A stretch of 64,000 nucleotides of DNA from Macrostomum lignano (lineage: Eukaryota). Shown piece after piece: positions 60,660 through 64,000 of the stretch. Under the pieces are notes generated by a model that ran no database searches, had not been told where the DNA came from, and saw only the letters and a program-made list of their open reading frames with translations. The translations under genes and the position numbers were made by a program. Each line of letters starts with the position of its first letter. Position 1 is the stretch's first letter. Location of the stretch: contig NIVC01001332.1 in the NCBI GenBank assembly GCA_002269645.1, positions 186,001-250,000 on the forward strand. The letters run 5' to 3'.

Positions 60660-61070
60660 AAAAAATTATTTCGATATATATCGGCTATTTTCATATAAAT
60701 TAGATGAAGATATTTATTAGACAAACTATTGCATAAACAATTATTTCGATACATATAGGCTATTTTCAAATAAATTAGATAGATATTTATTAGGAGACAA
60801 ACTATTGCATAAACAATTATTTCGATACATATCGGCTATTTTCATATAAATTAGATGAAGATATTTATTAGCAGACAAACTATTGCATAAACAGTTATTT
60901 CGATACATATCAGCTATTTTCATATAAATTAGATGAAGATATTTATTAGCAGACAAACTATTGCATAAACAGTTATTTCGATACATATCAGCTATTTTCA
61001 TATAAATTAGATAAAGATATTTATTAGGAGACAAACCATTGCATAAACAATTATTTCGATACATATCGGC
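60660..61070. repeat. 78-bp repeat in CPT1 intron 1, about 5 copies
   Basis: 26-aa period (KYLHLIYMKIADMYRNNCLCNSLSAN). Confidence 0.88.
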
Positions 61071-61088
61071 ACCAACCAAACAACTCAC

Positions 61089-61595
61089 CTGGAAGCTAAA
61101 CAAACTAGCCCCAGACGACCAGAGCAAGACGCGGCAGGCGCCGAACCACAGCTTGGTCCGCCAGGAGGTCGGGCCGCGCACCTCGTACATCCAGCCGTGA
61201 TAGGCCAGCAGCTGACTCTGCACAGACTTGTACACTCTGGCAACGGCTAGCCAGGAAAAGCCGGAGAAGATCGACACGGCCAGGTAGCGATTATACGGAG
61301 CCGGCACGGTGACAAATCGACTAATTAGGCTTTCAATTTTTGCTCCGCAGCCAAAAGTTGGATCCCGGCCGAGCAGTGCTGCGCTGGTGCCGCCAAACAG
61401 GGCCAGACAGAAACTCTTGGGCCCCATCGGGTAGGTGCTGTTCCATACCCGGTTCTTCAGCCTGCCGATGCCTTTCTTGTAGCTGCGCACTATTGAAGCG
61501 AACACTTCGCGTAGCACCGTGTGATCAAAGTCCAGCTGGATGCCTTCGTCCGTGATGTTGAAAGCAAACACCACCGCTTGATGAGCTTCGGCCAT
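61089..61595 (-). CDS. CPT1: CPT1 exon 1 (N-terminal regulatory domain and transmembrane region). Whole gene is 9 exons, 2331 nt, 776 aa
   Basis: MAEAHQAVVFAF is the CPT1-specific N-terminus. Hydrophobic segments follow, then LLAYHGWMYE and SFQ|GCLP across the junction; GTGAGT donor. Confidence 0.95.
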
Positions 61596-61609
61596 GATTC
61601 GTCATTAAA

Positions 61610-62960
61610 ATAAACAATTTCTATTGTGTTTATCATTGAATATTAAACAATTTCTATTGTGTTTATCATTGAATATTAAACAATTTCTATTGTGTTTATC
61701 ATTGAATATTAAACAATTTATATTGTGTTCATCATTGAATATTAAACAATTTCTATCGTGTTTATCATTGAATATTAAAAAATTTCTATCGTGTTTATCA
61801 TTGGATATTAAACAATTTCTATTGTGTTTATCATTGGATATTAAACAATTTCTATTGTGTTTATCATTGAATATTAAACAATTTCTATCGTGTTTATCAT
61901 TGGATATTAAACAATTTCTATTGTGTTTATCATTAGATATTAAACAATTTCTATTGTGTTTATCATTGAATATTAAACAATTTCTATCGTGTTTATCATT
62001 GGATATTAAACAATTTCTATTGTGTTTATCATTGGATATTAAACAATTTCTATTGTGTTTATCATTGAATATTAAACAATTTCTATCGTGTTTATTATTG
62101 GATATTAAACAATTTCTATTGTGTTTATAATTGAATATTAAACAATTTCTATTGTGTTTATCATTGAATATTAAACAATTTCTATCGTGTTTATTATTGG
62201 ATATTAAACAATTTCTATTGTGTTTATAATTGAATATTAAACAATTTCTATTGTGTTTATCATTGGATATTAAACTAATTTCTATCGTGTTTATTATTGG
62301 ATATTAAACAATTTCTATTGTGTTTATCATTGGATATTAAACTAATTTCTATCGTGTTTATCATTGGATATTAAACTAATTTCTATCGTGTTTATCATTG
62401 AATATTAAACAATTTCTATTGTGTTTATCATTGAATATTAAACAATTTCTATCGTGTTTATCATTGGATATTAAACAATTTCTATTGTGTTTATCATTGG
62501 ATATTAAACAATTTCTATTGTGTTTATCATTGAATATTAAACAATTTCTATCGTGTTTATTATTGGATATTAAACAATTTCTATTGTGTTTATAATTGAA
62601 TATTAAACAATTTCTATTGTGTTTATCATTGAATATTAAACAATTTCTATCGTGTTTATTATTGGATATTAAACAATTTCTATTGTGTTTATAATTGAAT
62701 ATTAAACAATTTCTATTGTGTTTATCATTGGATATTAAACTAATTTCTATCGTGTTTATTATTGGATATTAAACAATTTCTATTGTGTTTATCATTGGAT
62801 AATAAACTAATTTCTATCGTGTTTATCATTGGATATTAAACTAATTTCTATCGTGTTTATCATTGAATATTAAACAATTTCTATTGTGTTTATCATTGGA
62901 TATAAAACAACTGATATTGTTATTATCATTGAATATTAAACAATTGATATTGTTATTATC
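61610..62960. repeat. 33-bp AT-rich minisatellite (TTAAACAATTTCTATTGTGTTTATCATTGAATA), about 40 copies, just upstream of the CPT1 ATG
   Basis: Direct reading; 11-aa period. Confidence 0.96.
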
Positions 62961-63699
62961 GTTGAATATTAAAGTAATTACTGATTACAAACTCACAAAC
63001 ACAATCAATACACTCATTATAAGTCGATAAGCACAACCGATAAACTATAAATTAATTGTGATAAACACAACTGATAAACACAACCAATAAACACAATTGA
63101 TACTCTTATTTAGGTCACAAACACAAATCTACTTATTGGGTCATAAGCAGATACAGTCATAAAATACATTCCTTATGCTTAATACACTAATACACCTAAT
63201 TTTAATCAGACTTTAAAATAAAATAATGAAATCAATTAGCATTATTTATGTACAACAGAATTGTCTCCGCAAAAAAGCAAAACATGTATGAATCGTGTTC
63301 ATTCTTAATCTAAGAATCAAAATGCTACAACTGTACAACAGAACCCTATAAAAAGAGCCAATGCAGAAGACAACGGCAAAAACAGGATAAATTGAATATT
63401 AATTAAAAATCAAAGGGTTTGCCAATAATTATTGTAGATCGCTTATAAAAACAAGTAGTTCGCAATAAAACGCCAATAAAATAAAAAACACAAGATAGAA
63501 AAAATTATATATAATGCGGTAATTTAGGCAATTTTAGTCATTAGAATTATAATGTTTTAGGCCCTTAAATGCAACTAGCTCGTAAAACCGGCGTCAATTA
63601 AGACAATAAAACGCTATATCTCACAATTTCAATAAAAGATAAAAATATGGACTGGAGTGTATTTACTAATGCCCAGCTATTGCACAGAAACTAATAGAT

Positions 63700-64000
63700 G
63701 AATGGATTGCTAATCTAACCAACCATAGGAATGATGGAATTGAATGGATTCCTAATCTAGTCAATCATATGAATGATGGAATTAAATGGATTGCTAATCT
63801 AGCCAAACATATAAATGATGGAATAGAATGGAATAGAATGGATTGCTAATCTAGCCAACCATATAAATGATGGAACAGAATGGATTGCTAATCTAGCCAA
63901 TCATATGAATAATGAATTAGAATGGATTGCTAATCTAGCCAACCATATAAATGATGGAACAGAATGGATTGCTAATCTAGCCAATCATATGAATAATGAA
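63700..64000. repeat. AATGGATTGCTAATCTAGCCAA repeat array, reverse-complement relative of 50110-50640; runs off the window
   Basis: Direct reading. Confidence 0.88.

Noticed and set aside
60741-61088. C-terminal part of the 284-aa ORF as coding
   Set aside because: Readthrough into CPT1 intron 1 across the 78-bp repeat; CPT1 homology resumes only at 60317 after a canonical donor at 61088.

Overview
This is eukaryotic (metazoan) genomic DNA with GT-AG spliced genes, GC-rich exons and introns largely filled by minisatellites. The style resembles a flatworm such as Macrostomum, but that is inference and not verified. Genes reconstructed by hand: two tandem paralogous 4-exon rhodopsin-type GPCRs on + (A 2877-5725, B ~7475-15098), a single-exon GPCR on - (18671-19702), an orphan acidic repeat-rich ORF on - (21582-23642), a 3-exon GPCR on - (41404-46641) and a complete 9-exon carnitine palmitoyltransferase 1 gene on - (50008-61595, 776 aa, with a 26-nt microexon carrying the catalytic His). 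The 24-37.5 kb region is a transposon graveyard: a Polinton/Maverick major-capsid remnant, a decayed piggyBac with a templated insertion, a long-TIR MITE, a truncated Crypton/DUF3504-like ORF and SINEs. Two ~2-kb solo-LTR-like elements (TGATG...CATCA, 4-bp TSD) sit in GPCR introns. The most notable unexplained signals are: (1) about 26 dispersed copies of the octamer GTCTATGG/CCATAGAC, often in palindromes or inverted pairs, concentrated around the Crypton-like ORF and also amplified in an 80-bp satellite; (2) a ~470-bp near-identical gene-conversion-like tract between otherwise diverged GPCRs A and B. Most long ORFs in the supplied track are artefacts of tandem repeats. All homology calls are by-eye motif recognition; no database search was run.
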